NCBI GenBank assembly: GCA_002269645.1
Contig: NIVC01003157.1
Span: forward strand, 1 to 64,000
DNA from: Macrostomum lignano
Taxonomy: Eukaryota
Direction of reading: 5' to 3'
Length of the DNA stretch: 64,000 nucleotides
This document shows, in pieces, positions 38,247-50,569 of the stretch (positions within the stretch are counted from its first letter, which is position 1; each line of letters starts with the position of its first letter). The position numbers and the translations under genes were made by a program. The notes under the pieces were generated by a model. The model saw nothing but the letters and a program-made list of their open reading frames with translations, ran no database searches and was not told the origin of the DNA.

Positions 38247-39643
38247 CTGGCACGGCTCTCTACGCAGAAACATGCTGACTGTTCTACTGTAAGGGGCACG
38301 GCAGAGATTGCGTTTGCTAAAATTGAATTCGTTACTGAAATGTATACTGCAAAGCTAAAAGCTGACTTAAGGCAGTATTTAAAGTCACAATCCTGTGTCT
38401 TAGGTAAATGCGAAAAAATCAATAATCAGTCGTTATCAAGTACAATATTATCGAACAGTTTTCGTGACCCACAAAATCATGTATTTGTACACTGCAACTG
38501 CTTAATTATTTTTAATGTACAGTTATCATTTGGCCGCTGATGATGCACCAGGGTGAGGTGTCTATTCCGCTTTTTAGTCCGCGCTTTAGTGATCCATGGC
38601 CTAAATTTTGTGTAGAAAGCTTTAATGCATGAAAATGCAGCCATTTTATTTCAATACTCGACCTTAAATGATACTGTAGGATGCATAAAAATGATGTGTA
38701 CACATTTCCGCTTTTTCAAACACCGCCTGAGGTGATAGCAAACTGTGGACCTCCAGCTCCAGTTAACTCGCTAAAATGCAAGCGCACACAATGCAGCTTT
38801 TTCGCTTCAGGAGTGAATAACTTGCTTGATTATCTATTCTCTGTGTACTCTATAGAGAAAGTAAACTACTACGAGCGTACCATTGTGTGAACGAACCCAC
38901 ACGGTTTGCTTATTATCATTGATCTGAATTTCATCTATAGAATACATGCATTAAAATAGTTAATCCTTTGTTTGTGTTCGGCTGAAATCGCTGACATACA
39001 TGTATGATGATGATTGTCATGCCTGATCGCTACAGCTTCATTCACTATTGGGCTGAATTTCGCGAATGCAAGTCCTGCTAAAGCATATACGAGCGTACCT
39101 ACAAGCAAGTGAGTAGCTGATAAATCGGTCTATACGGTCTACGAGTAGAATGCATAATTTTACAAGCCCATGTTTTTTGGAATTTCCGGTCTACTACGGT
39201 AAAATTCAAAAGAAGTTCAGCAACTTCAAGACTGCTAAAAGCACATTCCCCCCTGTGCGCCCCCCTTACATGAGCGCGGCTGAGGCAAAGAATTGCGCGT
39301 CAGTTGCCAGACTCAGGACTCCAACTGAGTCGGGTGCGCGCTGGAATTACAATGCAGTGAATGAATGGGGACAGAGATAAGCACCGCTAGTGCCTGGCAA
39401 TTATGGCATAAGAGAGATGGGATAGGAAGGGTCTGCTGGGTCTGGTGTTTGCGCGCTTTTGTGCACTGCTGCTGAGAAGGTCTACTAGAGCAACAGAAGC
39501 ACAGCAGGTGCAGACTCTTTGCATTCTCCTTATGCTTGTGTAGTGCAGCACCAGCTTCTGTGCATTCATGTATCCATCCACCGCTCAAAAAGCATAAATA
39601 ATGCAGACAAGAATCCAAGCCTAAAAAGGGCAGTTGAGTCGCG

Positions 39644-42066
39644 ATGTCAACGCGGGCTGCAGCAGAGGAAGCGCTCGGATCTGCGTCCGTCTCATCGCTT
39701 GTGGTGAAGCTGCCAGCGGCGGAGGGGGCGATGCAGCGACAGGAGGTCACGCTGGAGTCTCTGACTCGGAGCTACCGCGAGCGACTTCTACTGGACGGCG
39801 CGAATAGCGAGGAAGAACCAGAGGATGCGGCGGCCGTTTGCAGAGCCAAGCAGCCGGCAGGTGGGAAACCGGGGCGCGGTGCTCATCAGCGGCGATCGAG
39901 GCAGCCCAGGAAGCCGCGACAGGGAAAGCCACTGCAGCCTGAAGCTCCATCAGCGGCGATGGCTTCGGCATCGTGGCGACAGACTCAGGGGATGCCGCTG
40001 ATGGCCACCCTGTTCGACCCTGCGCTGGGGTCCAGCGACCACATGAGCAGGGTGAGTTCTCTGGGGCTGGGGTTCGGCAGCCAAGTGAGCAGGGAGTTCT
40101 CTGAGTGAGCAGGGTCTCTGGGGCTGGGGTTCGGCAGCCAAGTGAGCAGGGTGAGTTCTTTGGGGCTGGGGTTCGGCAGCCAGGGGTGAGTTCTCTGGGG
40201 CTGGGGTTCGGCAGCCAAGTGAGCAGGGTGAGTTCTCTGGGGCGGCAGCCAAGTGAGCAGGGTGAGTCTCTGGGGCTGGGGTTCGGCAGCCAAGTGAGCA
40301 GGGTGAGTTCTCTGGGGCTGGGGTTCGGCAGCCAAGTGAGCAGGGTGAGTTCTCTGGGGCTGGGGTTCGGCACTGAGCAGGGTGAGTTCTCTGGGGCTGG
40401 GGTTCGGCAGCCAAGTGAGCAGGGTGAAAAGTGAGCGCGGAATGGTTGACCACGCACCACTCCTTGAAGATATAGACAATTATAGGATAATTTAAGTTAT
40501 ATTATAATTAATTAAGTTAGACAACGCATTGAACATCCCTTGTACCCTCAGCCACCGGGCTACTTTCTGGTGACCCCAAGGCTAGGCGAACGGGCCAACC
40601 TGGAGCGGCGGAGGTGGGCGCTGCGGAACACGAGGCGCGGCCAGCAGCTGCAGGTTCTCGGCGAGCCCTACTGGCCAGCGCGTGGGTTGCCTGCGGGTTG
40701 TTTTGCAGCATCTTTTTGATTATTTAAATTTTAATATTAATGCTCTAGTGAAACTAAAAACATATAAAACAATGATTTCTTTGCACTGCAGATCCAACGG
40801 TTCCCTCCAGACCGGCCACTGCCAGGCCCATCGTCAGTTCCAAGAGCTTTGTCATAAACAGAGAGCAACATCAGCTGCAGCAGCAATTCCAGCGCGAACA
40901 ACAGCAGCAGCAGCAGCAGCAGAGATCCGTGGTGAGCCTGGCCAGCCTCATCAAACGGTTTCCTGAAGACTTTGTGCGGCTGCCAACGCCGGACTTTCGC
41001 AACAGCGGCCTGGCTGGCAGTCAGTTAGTTGGCAGGCCACCCTCAGCTTCAGCCAGGTGAGCTGATGACAGCGCATTTCCTATGTATTCAAAGCCTTGCA
41101 GCAAAATCAATAATTGGCTTTTTTTGCGCAAAGTTTGTCGGCGTCAGTAAAAATACCATCAGATATGAAGTGCCACACAAGGCACAAGACATGGCAGCAT
41201 TGACAACTTACATGTACATGACATCCTAAAGGACCAATCGGTGCCAATATGCCAATATTAGCATCTGTCAGCTGTTGTGTGCATCCCTTCATAAGATGTG
41301 TTGCATGGTGATCTTCCAAGACAGCCACAAGAGACAAATCTTCATTCGCCACAGTGTACAGTACTCGTACAAGCCAGGGTGAATTATTAACACTAAAGGC
41401 TCGTTTGGCCAACCAGAATCCAACCAGTTATCGAGTGTCGACCATAGACTATCTGCAGGCAACACCGCCATCAAACGAGGCCAGCTCCTGCGGGAGCACA
41501 CGGCACGCACGCACAGAAGTTCTCGCAGCTCTATTAAATAGTCGTGGTACCTGTGGGTCAACTAATGGCAGTGGGAAAAGATAAAATTAGTTTCGATGAG
41601 ATCAGAGACGGATCTAGGATTTTTCCCAGGCGTCAGCAGACAACCTTGACCCCACTTGATCCGCCATTGGATGAGTTTATATATTTACTACTGCAGTTTT
41701 TTCCACATTTAGAATGCAACAAACAGTTGCGTGCTCTTTCCTGATTCGTGCAGAATGCCAGCAGCCAGTCCTATCAACTGCAGTGAAGCAGCCGCTGCTT
41801 CAAGTAAGCAATGCAACAACAATCAGCATCAGCATTGGAAGCAGCGCCAGCGGCCACTCACAGGCCGGCTGACAAGCAGATGTCACTATGGAGACGCCGG
41901 TTTTGGCACCTCGGCTACTGACTTCCTCGACCGTCCTGAGGAGGACGCGGAGGACAGGCTGCGGGTGGACGGCTGCCCGATGCCCGCGGCTGTGCAACTG
42001 CGGCAGCATCCCGCGCGATGCAGAAGTGCCCTGCCAAAGCGCGATGCACCTGAGCGATACAACTGA
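39644..42066 (+). CDS. Uncharacterised 4-exon protein (~371 aa, low complexity, polyQ)
   Basis: Exons 39644-40051, 40552-40681, 40792-41056 and 41754-42066 give a continuous ORF with phases 0, 1, 2 (PPGYFLVTPRLGERANLERRRW...PSRPATARPIV...QQQQQQQRSVVSLASLIKRFPEDF...). No recognisable domain. The start codon is uncertain. Confidence 0.6.
40044..40428. repeat. 42-bp minisatellite overlapping the exon-1 donor of the orphan gene
   Basis: Unit gagcagggtgagttctctggggctggggttcggcagccaagt, ~9-10 copies with internal deletions. Confidence 0.9.
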
Positions 42067-42702
42067 GATTTTATATATAGCTACTGATAAAGTTACATGA
42101 GAGTTCACGGGGTTGCAATCTCATTTCGTGGCTATACCTTTAGATAACTGGATATAATTCGCATAGAGAGCATAAACAACTGTGCAAGTCTTTTGCCAGT
42201 GCATAGATGAGCTTTTCACTGGTACATGTACATGTAACTCCGAATATCTAAATATATACATGTGGACTAAAAGTATGTAATTATTTTATTCTATGTACAA
42301 GTACAAGGATAGAGAGTGCAAGCAAAAACATTGTGTAACACGATTGCAATGTCGAAAAGCGTGCATTAAATCCTATAGTCTATGGTCACTCCCCATCTTG
42401 CGCCAGCCAAAAAGCTACAAGTACATTAAATGATAAAAGCGTGCATTAAATGTTTATGGTCGAGACTCCAGAATTGAATCGCTGTTACAATACTACTCAA
42501 TACTTGGTTTTTCTTGCTTAAATGTCTATGACACTCGTGTGGCTTCGCACGAGTGTAAGAAACGCAGTTGTCTATGGTTTCAGCACATTAAACGAAGCGC
42601 GGGCAGCGTGAAAAAATGCAGGTCAGCGTGTAAGTAACGCAGTGTCTGGACCATAGAAAAGTGCGTCGAATACACGCTGACCAAAATAAATGGAATATTA
42701 AC

Positions 42703-42790
42703 ATATCGATGCCGCGTGATAAAATGTCTATGGCACTCGTGCGCTCAGCACACTTGTGCCATAGACCATTTTATCACGCGGCATCGATAT
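42703..42790. mobile_element. 88-nt hairpin, member of a local GTCTATGG/CCATAGAC palindromic repeat family
   Basis: The 34/35-nt arms (42703-42736, 42756-42790) differ by one bulged base. A diverged half copy is at 43232-43272 and related motifs occur across 42370-42660. Confidence 0.7.
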
Positions 42791-43939
42791 ACTAGTGCCA
42801 TTGGATCTCAATAGTATATTTCATATAAGACAGCTGCGTTTCTAACACACTGAACTGCAGGATGGCCGTCACCCATAGGCAATTTTCTTCACGCTGACTG
42901 TAAGACTATAAACAAGTAAAGGAGTAATCCAGATCGAGATAGCAAATAGAATTTTAGAATGGAGCCCACTCAAAAGGACCGTCGATCGGTACCTTCGATT
43001 TGGCAGTCGACAAGATGCCGAGATGCGGCAAATATCACAGTCTGTCGCTGTCGCTGCAATCCGATGGCAAGAATCTGGTATCAGGCTAATCGATGAAAGC
43101 GGGTTCAGTCAGTGTGAAAGAAAAGAGTTGTCTATAGGTGACGGCCATCCAGAGGTTTCACAGGCTACGTTTTTAGCTTCTTGCCATATAGAGTAGACGC
43201 ACAAATCTGCTTGAAAGAATGGAAGATTAATATATCGATGTCGCGTGACTAAAATGGTCTTGGCACGAGTGGCAGATCGCAGATAAAAACACAATGGTTC
43301 AATTGCCAATGGTAGACGAATCCATGGTAACAGCTGTGGCAGCCGGTACATGTATTGATTGACTGACCATTGTCGCTGACTCGATAGTTGAAACAACCGG
43401 GCCTTCTTGACCGGCAGCAAAATTAGTCTATGGCCAGACAAAACACTTATTTGAAATCAAGTCGAATTGAATACGAGCGTAAATCGATATTTGAACTCAT
43501 GCCCAATGTGGCTCGCTGCTGGTACGCGATGATTACCAACGAAAAAAGAGATCTGATCATCTCAGCATGTCAGAATTGACTGCTCCATATGCCCCATATG
43601 CAGAAGCTCACACAGGGTGCACAGTGACCCTGACTTTCTAATCGTCAGGCATGTACGCTCTGTGTGCCTTGGGGGTTGACCCTTACGACTGTAAATCGCA
43701 CAACCCACGGGACCATTTTTTGTGCACAAAACTCATACGAATGTGGCCGGCACGGAATGGAACCAACAGAGGAGTCAAAGCTTCAGAATTTTTACACCGA
43801 AATGGCGTTCTCAGTAAGGTTGAATGAGAACTTTGATTAGCACACAGCACGCAAACATACTGACTGATAGACGCCAGAAGAACATCAATGTATTTGTCAG
43901 ATAGTATGTGTATATATATAATAAACAAACTTATGCAGA

Positions 43940-44070
43940 GTAGAAAAGAACTGACCAAAACAGAGTTGCGCATTAACGGAGGGCTGACAAGAAAAGATAA
44001 AGTTAGAAAATCAGAACATATCAAGCGAAGATTTACACAGCTAGACATGAAAATCGCAGATAGCAACTAA
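43940..44070 (+). mobile_element. Highly decayed RTE-like retroelement fragment
   Basis: ELTKTELRINGGLTRKDKVRKSEHIK resembles the RTE post-RT motif EMRMLRW..GVTRKDKIRNE.IR. Confidence 0.3.
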
Positions 44071-47000
44071 AATACGACCTGTAAAAAGACGCTTAAGAAC
44101 AACACACTATGATTTCTCTATAGAGATAGAAAGTGTTCATTCAGCAGCAGGTAGAGCTGTGAAAGGTGGCACAGAGATAGCGATAACAACAAAAGCAACA
44201 CATATTCATGTAAACAAAGCAACTGCGATGAAATTAGCAGTAAGCTATACTTATAGTAGTGCCTTCTGTCTGGCCTCTGTATTATATCGCGGAGCGCTAA
44301 CTGACGGATAGAACAACAGTAATTACAGATGGACAGACTAAACAGCAAATGTGTAATATAAATAGAATGTAAAACTAAGAGAAAAGATGTGTTAGCAATC
44401 AATCTGCACAAGCAGACATGTGTAAGTTGCGTGTTATTGATTAACTATGGGAAAATCAATAGTTGGGAAATCAATAATTCTGTAACAAAGGGACCAGCTC
44501 TCAAATATTTTTTAAACATTCAATCGGCGAGGTATGCGGCCGCCGCAGCAATGGCAGGCAATGTACGCACAATACTACTGGGAATCGAGGGGTAAGTAAA
44601 GAAGTGCAGCAATCTAATGCAGCGCAACAACACGGCAGAGGTGAGTACTATATACGCGATTGGCGAGTAATGCGCTCGCTTGTGAGTCACGTGACTAATA
44701 AAACCTGAGAGCAATCGTCCGCAAAAATACAAACAAACAGACCAAAATCATTAGGGGAGTGGGAGATTAGACGCATCACGCACTGAGGTAATAAGAGTAA
44801 TATTATAGTGACAAACATTAAACAGGCAACAGACTCGCTAAACTAAATGGTGACTCAGTACAGTTGAGACAGTTTGCTACATCAGCAATGCCCAAGTATT
44901 CCCGAATGTTTTAATGCACACTAAAAGCATTCATACTACATTTAGGCTAGAAAATCTATGCCAATAACGGAGAGAAACGAAGGGCATTTAGATAGGTTAC
45001 TGCTAGAACAGAGCCAGCCGGTGGGAAGGGGAGAGAGGACTGAAATTCAAGCACAAAGCGATGCGTATGGAGGAAAGAGAAAACAAAGAGAGAAACAGGA
45101 AATTTTCGAAAATTAAAAGCAAAAAATTAATCTAGAATTTGGGGGCTGGCACCCGTGATTCTGCAATGCAATTTCTTCCCTAGGCAAAATGTTGCCGCAA
45201 TTTCCTTCAACGCGTTTTATTTCATTATAGATTCTAGTTTAAAAGCATACACAGGTATCACAGTGAAATATAATGGGACTGAGTTCAGAGAGACTCTTAC
45301 AAGCTCATATGAGGCTATGAGTAGCAATCCTGCTCTTCAACAAAGGGATAGAAAACATCAAGCTGTACACACAAATTGATGCATTTAAACCCCCTACTAT
45401 GCAGCAGTATAAATTTAGCTGACTACATACACTATAACGCTAAGGAATATGCATTCGATTCTTTCATATGTTTTTGAATGGCCGTGCGTGAGCGCCTTAC
45501 ATACACTTGGCAGCGGCGCTCCGCACGGAGTGAGAGAGGCTTTGGTAAGAACTGCCCCCCCCCTCTACACATGGAAACAACTTAGAATCTCTCTGTCCCT
45601 TTTCTATCTCTAGTTACTGCATACCCCGGTATACAACTAATGAATACAAAGTGCACCCAAGGTCACACAGTTAATAGGTTGTGTATGTCATATAGATTGT
45701 AGTTAGTAGTTTTATATAGGGACTTGGGGTGGGTGGGACTGAAAAATGCCATAGCTGCAGCGGCACAATTTGTTAAAACTAAACGACCCCCCCAAGCTTA
45801 CTGCATGGTCGGGTAACGCACACAGTAAAATATGGCACTAGCTGGGTTTTGCTGCAGAGTTGTATAATACTGTAAAATATATATTCACACTAATAGCCTC
45901 CTGCCCGCACCTGAGCTTACTATCGCATTGGAGTTCAACATACAATTGTTGTACTGCCGTGTACATTAGTGCTTTAATAGAATTAATTGCTGCCATTTGC
46001 GCTTATTTTACACAAACGCTGGCAGGCAGATATAAAAATAATTAAAACAAAACTTGTGCTTCGGCAAATTTGTCAATTGAAATGCCCACCTAACTCTAAC
46101 TTTGGAATACGGCTAAACTGCAAACTTCAGATTATGGCATGACATACATAGAATACAGCCTGCATTAATCCAAATCATGATTCTACTGAATTATAATTCT
46201 CTTTCCCTAAAGGGAGCGCCATAATAAAAACTATGCAAATTTCTTTAGTGCAGAGTAGACTAGCTCTGAATAATATACTTAATGCCAGGGGCATAAAACA
46301 TGCAGCATTAGCAATATTATAATCCAATAGCTTTCTGGGAGACGAATCGGGCAGAGGGAGGAGAAATGCAGAGCAAGCAAAAATGAATATGAATGCGCGG
46401 CATGTCATATTATCATGCGGGCCTCTCTTACTTCTCTCCCTGTGCGCATAGGCCCATTAAAAGGAAAAGCGTAGAAAAAGAATTTTAGAAGAGGCCGAGC
46501 CGTATTTGGGTGGGAAAGGAAAAATGATTATTCAGTGGGGAAGAGAGAATAGCCGAAATGTTCAGAGCAGCCACCTCACCCCGCCTGCTACGCTCCTCTC
46601 CTTCTGTAAACTCTTCTTTCACTTGCCTTGCATCTGCCATCAGTTGCGGGCATCTCTGCGCCCCTTTCAAATCCTTTCCTACATAAATCCCTATCCAGCC
46701 AGGCTGCTGTTAGCCAGGGGAGAGAAAAGTTAAAAACTGAATTGAAGGAAATGTAGAGAGAGGGGGGGGTAAGAGAGGCAGGGAGCCTGCAGGGCAAACG
46801 CTACATGGATATTAGGATTATTGTGTACAGGAAGGAATTTAAGGGACAGGGGATTTGAGATACAGATAAAAACGGGCTGAGGAAGTAACGTGTACGCAGG
46901 AGCGGGCCAAGGACTCCATACTCCATATTCAGTGCACAGTAAGCAAGCATTACGGTAAAGATTAGCATTGAATAGTGCGTTAGTCATCGCTGTTCGATCA

Positions 47001-47984
47001 GATAGTGGGCTGGGGAGACGAGGCAGCATCTTAGTCTTGCTATGCTATCTTGAATTTTAATCCAGGCCTGACGAACACGCGGCTAATTAGACTGAGTTAG
47101 GAAAGATGCAGCTCAGAATCTTGAGTAGATGCTCAAAAATGGTTAATTAGAGAAAAATACAAATGGACGAGTTTTAGCAATGCATGCATTAACAAATACC
47201 TAAGACGGATAATACTTAATGCATGGGCGCATAGATTAGCGTTGGTTGAGAATAGCAGAATTACGGTAGTAGACTACAGAAAATGACTGACAAGAGAATT
47301 CCAAAAGCCATGAGACATTACAGCGCAAAAATTTGAATGCCGTGGACTAAAAATCAACAGTGCTAAGGATAAATATTCATAGTTATTACACGCAAGATTC
47401 GTTAATCCCTGGGCAGTAGAAGAGAACAGGAGCTTTGCAGCCAAGTCAAGCAGTTGCAGAGCAAAGTATAAATTATAATAAATCTACGTGTAAATATATT
47501 GTACAAGAAATAGGAGAAAACTTGTGACCACAACATTGGTTGCAATTTCTACATTGTGCGTATAAAATTGAAACACGCCTCGGCAGCCCGACAACTGCCA
47601 CTATCTAAACATTACCGACTGGAGACAATAAACAACAAACTAGAAAACAGTAATTGCTAGAGGCTCAAAAATCTACACATCAATAAATTCTCATAATTTT
47701 TCATTCTAAATCTTAATTATTAAACATTTTTAATACTTGCAATGCAATTTGTAATGCCTTATTAATTAGTAACAAGAAGAAAAGAATTATGATAATTCAA
47801 ATCAAAGTGCAATAATGAAAGCAGAAAAGCTATTGGTGATCTTTCTGAACAAAAAAATTAAGTTTAATTACACAGGTGCTCAAGTAGGTAGAGTTAGAGT
47901 TTCAACATATTCTCATCGCATATCTTTACAAATCAGGGGCCTGCTTCAAGCGCACCATGATGCCCCTCAGTCGTGGCCAAAGCG

Positions 47985-50569
47985 TCACGCCTGCAGCTCG
48001 GCCGAGGAGCCGTCAAACTCCACCTGATGCCGCTGCCGCCGCTCCGCCGACTCCGTCAAGTCGATGGCCATGTCGGCGTCTTCAACCACTGCCGCCTCGT
48101 CGTCGTAGTCTTCTTCTTCTTCCTCCTCATCATCGTCCTCACCGTTGTCGAGCTCGGCATCCGCAGGCGCGGCGGCAGACTGCCGCACTAGAGAGAACTG
48201 CAGCGGGGGCGGCTGCAGCTGATGCAGAGGAAGATGCTGAGAGTCGGCTCCGCCAGCGCCCTGCATAGCCTTGTAGGCGGAGCAGGTCTTCTTGTGGCAA
48301 TAGTAGGAGGCTCCCCAGCGGAATCGCTTCCTACAGCCGTCGCACTCGTACCTGGCCTCGATACTGTGCATGCCTTCAATATGCTGCTTGAGAGACAGTC
48401 TTGAACTGTACGTGTTGTTGCACTGCGGACAGGTGTAACCGCCTGCGACAGATGGGGCCAGCTGGCTGAGCGATGCTGCATCAACGATGCTGCCTACCTG
48501 AGCCTGTTGTTGCTGCTGCTCCAGCTGCTGCTGGCCTCGGCCGCTGTGCTCAGGACAAGAGTCGCAATGATTTAGATAGGCTTTCACAGAGGCGAACACA
48601 GCAGTGCAGGCGCACCTAAGGTGGTTTAGTTGTAGGCATGGTAGCTGTAATTAGGTAGGTCCATTGACGAATCTTGCTGTGCAGAACATTAAAGCACGAT
48701 AATAATGATCACAATAATAGGAATTCGCCTGACCCGTTGCAAGGTGACCATAGGTGTGCCAGCCAACGGGCTGTTCTGAAACTGTTGGGGCCGAAACTCT
48801 CACCCTGCATTTCTACCGCAGCTCAGAGCTGCTATCCTATCACGGTAGGCAACTCTCAACCTGCATTTCTACCGCAGCTCAGAGCTGCTATCCTATCACG
48901 GTAGGCAACTCTCACCCTGCATTTCTACTGCAGCTCAGAGCTGCTATCCTATCACGGTAGGCAACTCTCAACCTGCATTTCTACCGCAGCTCAGAGCTGC
49001 TATCCTATCACGGTAGGCAACTCTCAACCTGCATTTCTACCGCAGCTCAGAGCTGCTATCCTATCACAGTAAGAATGACCTGCAACCACGACCAACTATG
49101 CTCAACCCACTTGGCTAGTGAGGTGCATGACAAACAGCAGGAAACCGAAGAAAAGCTCACCTGTAATTGGCGGCATTGCTGACAACCCCGCCAATGCTGT
49201 TGTCGCTGGATGCGTCACGAAGTAGGCTTAGACCAGCTGACTCGGATTCTGGCGTGACAGCCGCTGCAGAAAGGGAAACTGGCGGTCTCATTGGTGCAGC
49301 AGGCTCGGGGGCTTTCACCGGCGTATAAGACTTGCGCCGACTATTGTTCCCATGGGATCGGCTGTTGCCATTGCCGCCAGCGGCAGAGGCGGCAACAACA
49401 CTAGGGTTCAGCTTGCACTGTCGCTGGTGCTGATAAAACACAGGCGGCCAACGAAACTTCCTGCTGCAATAGCGGCACTGATAAGCTGGCGGCCTGTGCA
49501 AGTGCATGTGCTGGTCAAGCAGAGTCTTGGTGCGGAACCGCTTACTGCACTCAGGACAAGGATGTTGCTTCAAGGTAGCATCAGCGGCATCTCTTGGTGG
49601 CACAAGAACAATGGACTGTTGCTGTTGCTGCTGACGATGGGGATGCAAATTCAGCTGCTGTTGCTGCTGCTGTGGTGGCACTGCTGAACCGGCGCAAGCG
49701 TGCTGGCCAAGGCTGGCCAAGCTAACAAACAAGGTATCACACTTCTGACACCGGTGCAGCGGTGGAAGGCCGTTAACTACTGAGCCAGTTGATACAGCCA
49801 AAGGTGGCGGCGGCGGGGGAGGCTGCTGTTGCTGTTGGCCATTGCAGACCCGCTTATGAGAATAGAACTTTCCTGGCCACTTAAACGTCTGGCCGCAGGA
49901 ATCGCAGGCGTATTTGCCAGTAGTGGAGTGCATGCCGTCAATGTGCTGCTCGAGAATTCGCTGCTGTTTAAACCTGGCGCCGCAGATATTGCACTGATAT
50001 TTGCGCTCTACCATGGATGCGCTGACAGGCTGAGCAGACTGCTGTGCTGGTGGCCTGGCCGCTGCCTGCTGATCCAACTGTGGCTGCTGCGGCGTCTGCG
50101 CAGCCATGATGGAGCTCAGCTGGCTAATATGATTGGCAATGTGCAAATTGAAATCTTTTTCTTCAGCGCAGGTGTAGCCGCACATCTGGCAGGTGAGGTT
50201 GCTGCCAGCATCGGCGCCCTCGTTTTGCTTGGCTGGCGGAGGGGCAACAGCAGAACTCCCACTGAAGGGACTCACCAGGGCGATGGCACCGGTCTGCTGG
50301 GCTGCAGTCGATGCCGCTTCGGATGCCGGCGCATCGTCTGGCTGCTTCGCATCGGACGCAGCGCCAGCGCCGGTCCCGGACGCCATTGAGGCGGCGCCAC
50401 TGTGGGATTGCGCAGAGCCATTCATGTGAATGTCGCAGCTGGTTATGTGATCCAGCAGCATCAGCATGAATTCATCATTAGTGGAGTCTGGCATGTTCAG
50501 CTGCTGCTTGGACTCGATGAAGCGCGAGTATGTGAATAAACTGACTGGAATGCTCACTACATTGTCCAT
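47985..50569 (-). CDS. Multi-zinc-finger protein (C2H2 and C2HC fingers; 2 coding exons, ~679 aa)
   Basis: Exon 50569-49161 (donor AG|GTGAGC) joins in phase 2 to exon 48615-47985 (acceptor ttag). Nine fingers, e.g. CNICGARFKQQRILEQHIDGMH, CPECSKRFRTKTLLDQHMHLH, CPQCNNTYSSRLSLKQHIEGMH. PolyQ tracts and an acidic C-terminus. Confidence 0.9.
48796..49069. repeat. 56-bp intronic minisatellite
   Basis: About 5 copies of ctctcaacctgcatttctaccgcagctcagagctgctatcctatcacggtaggcaa inside the zinc-finger intron. Confidence 0.9.

Noticed and set aside
39747-40479. Minus-strand repeat ORFs (ELTLLTWLPNPSPR)n
   Set aside because: Translations of the 42-bp minisatellite.
49352-50429. Plus-strand ORFs over the zinc-finger gene
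   Set aside because: Antisense shadows of the minus-strand CDS.
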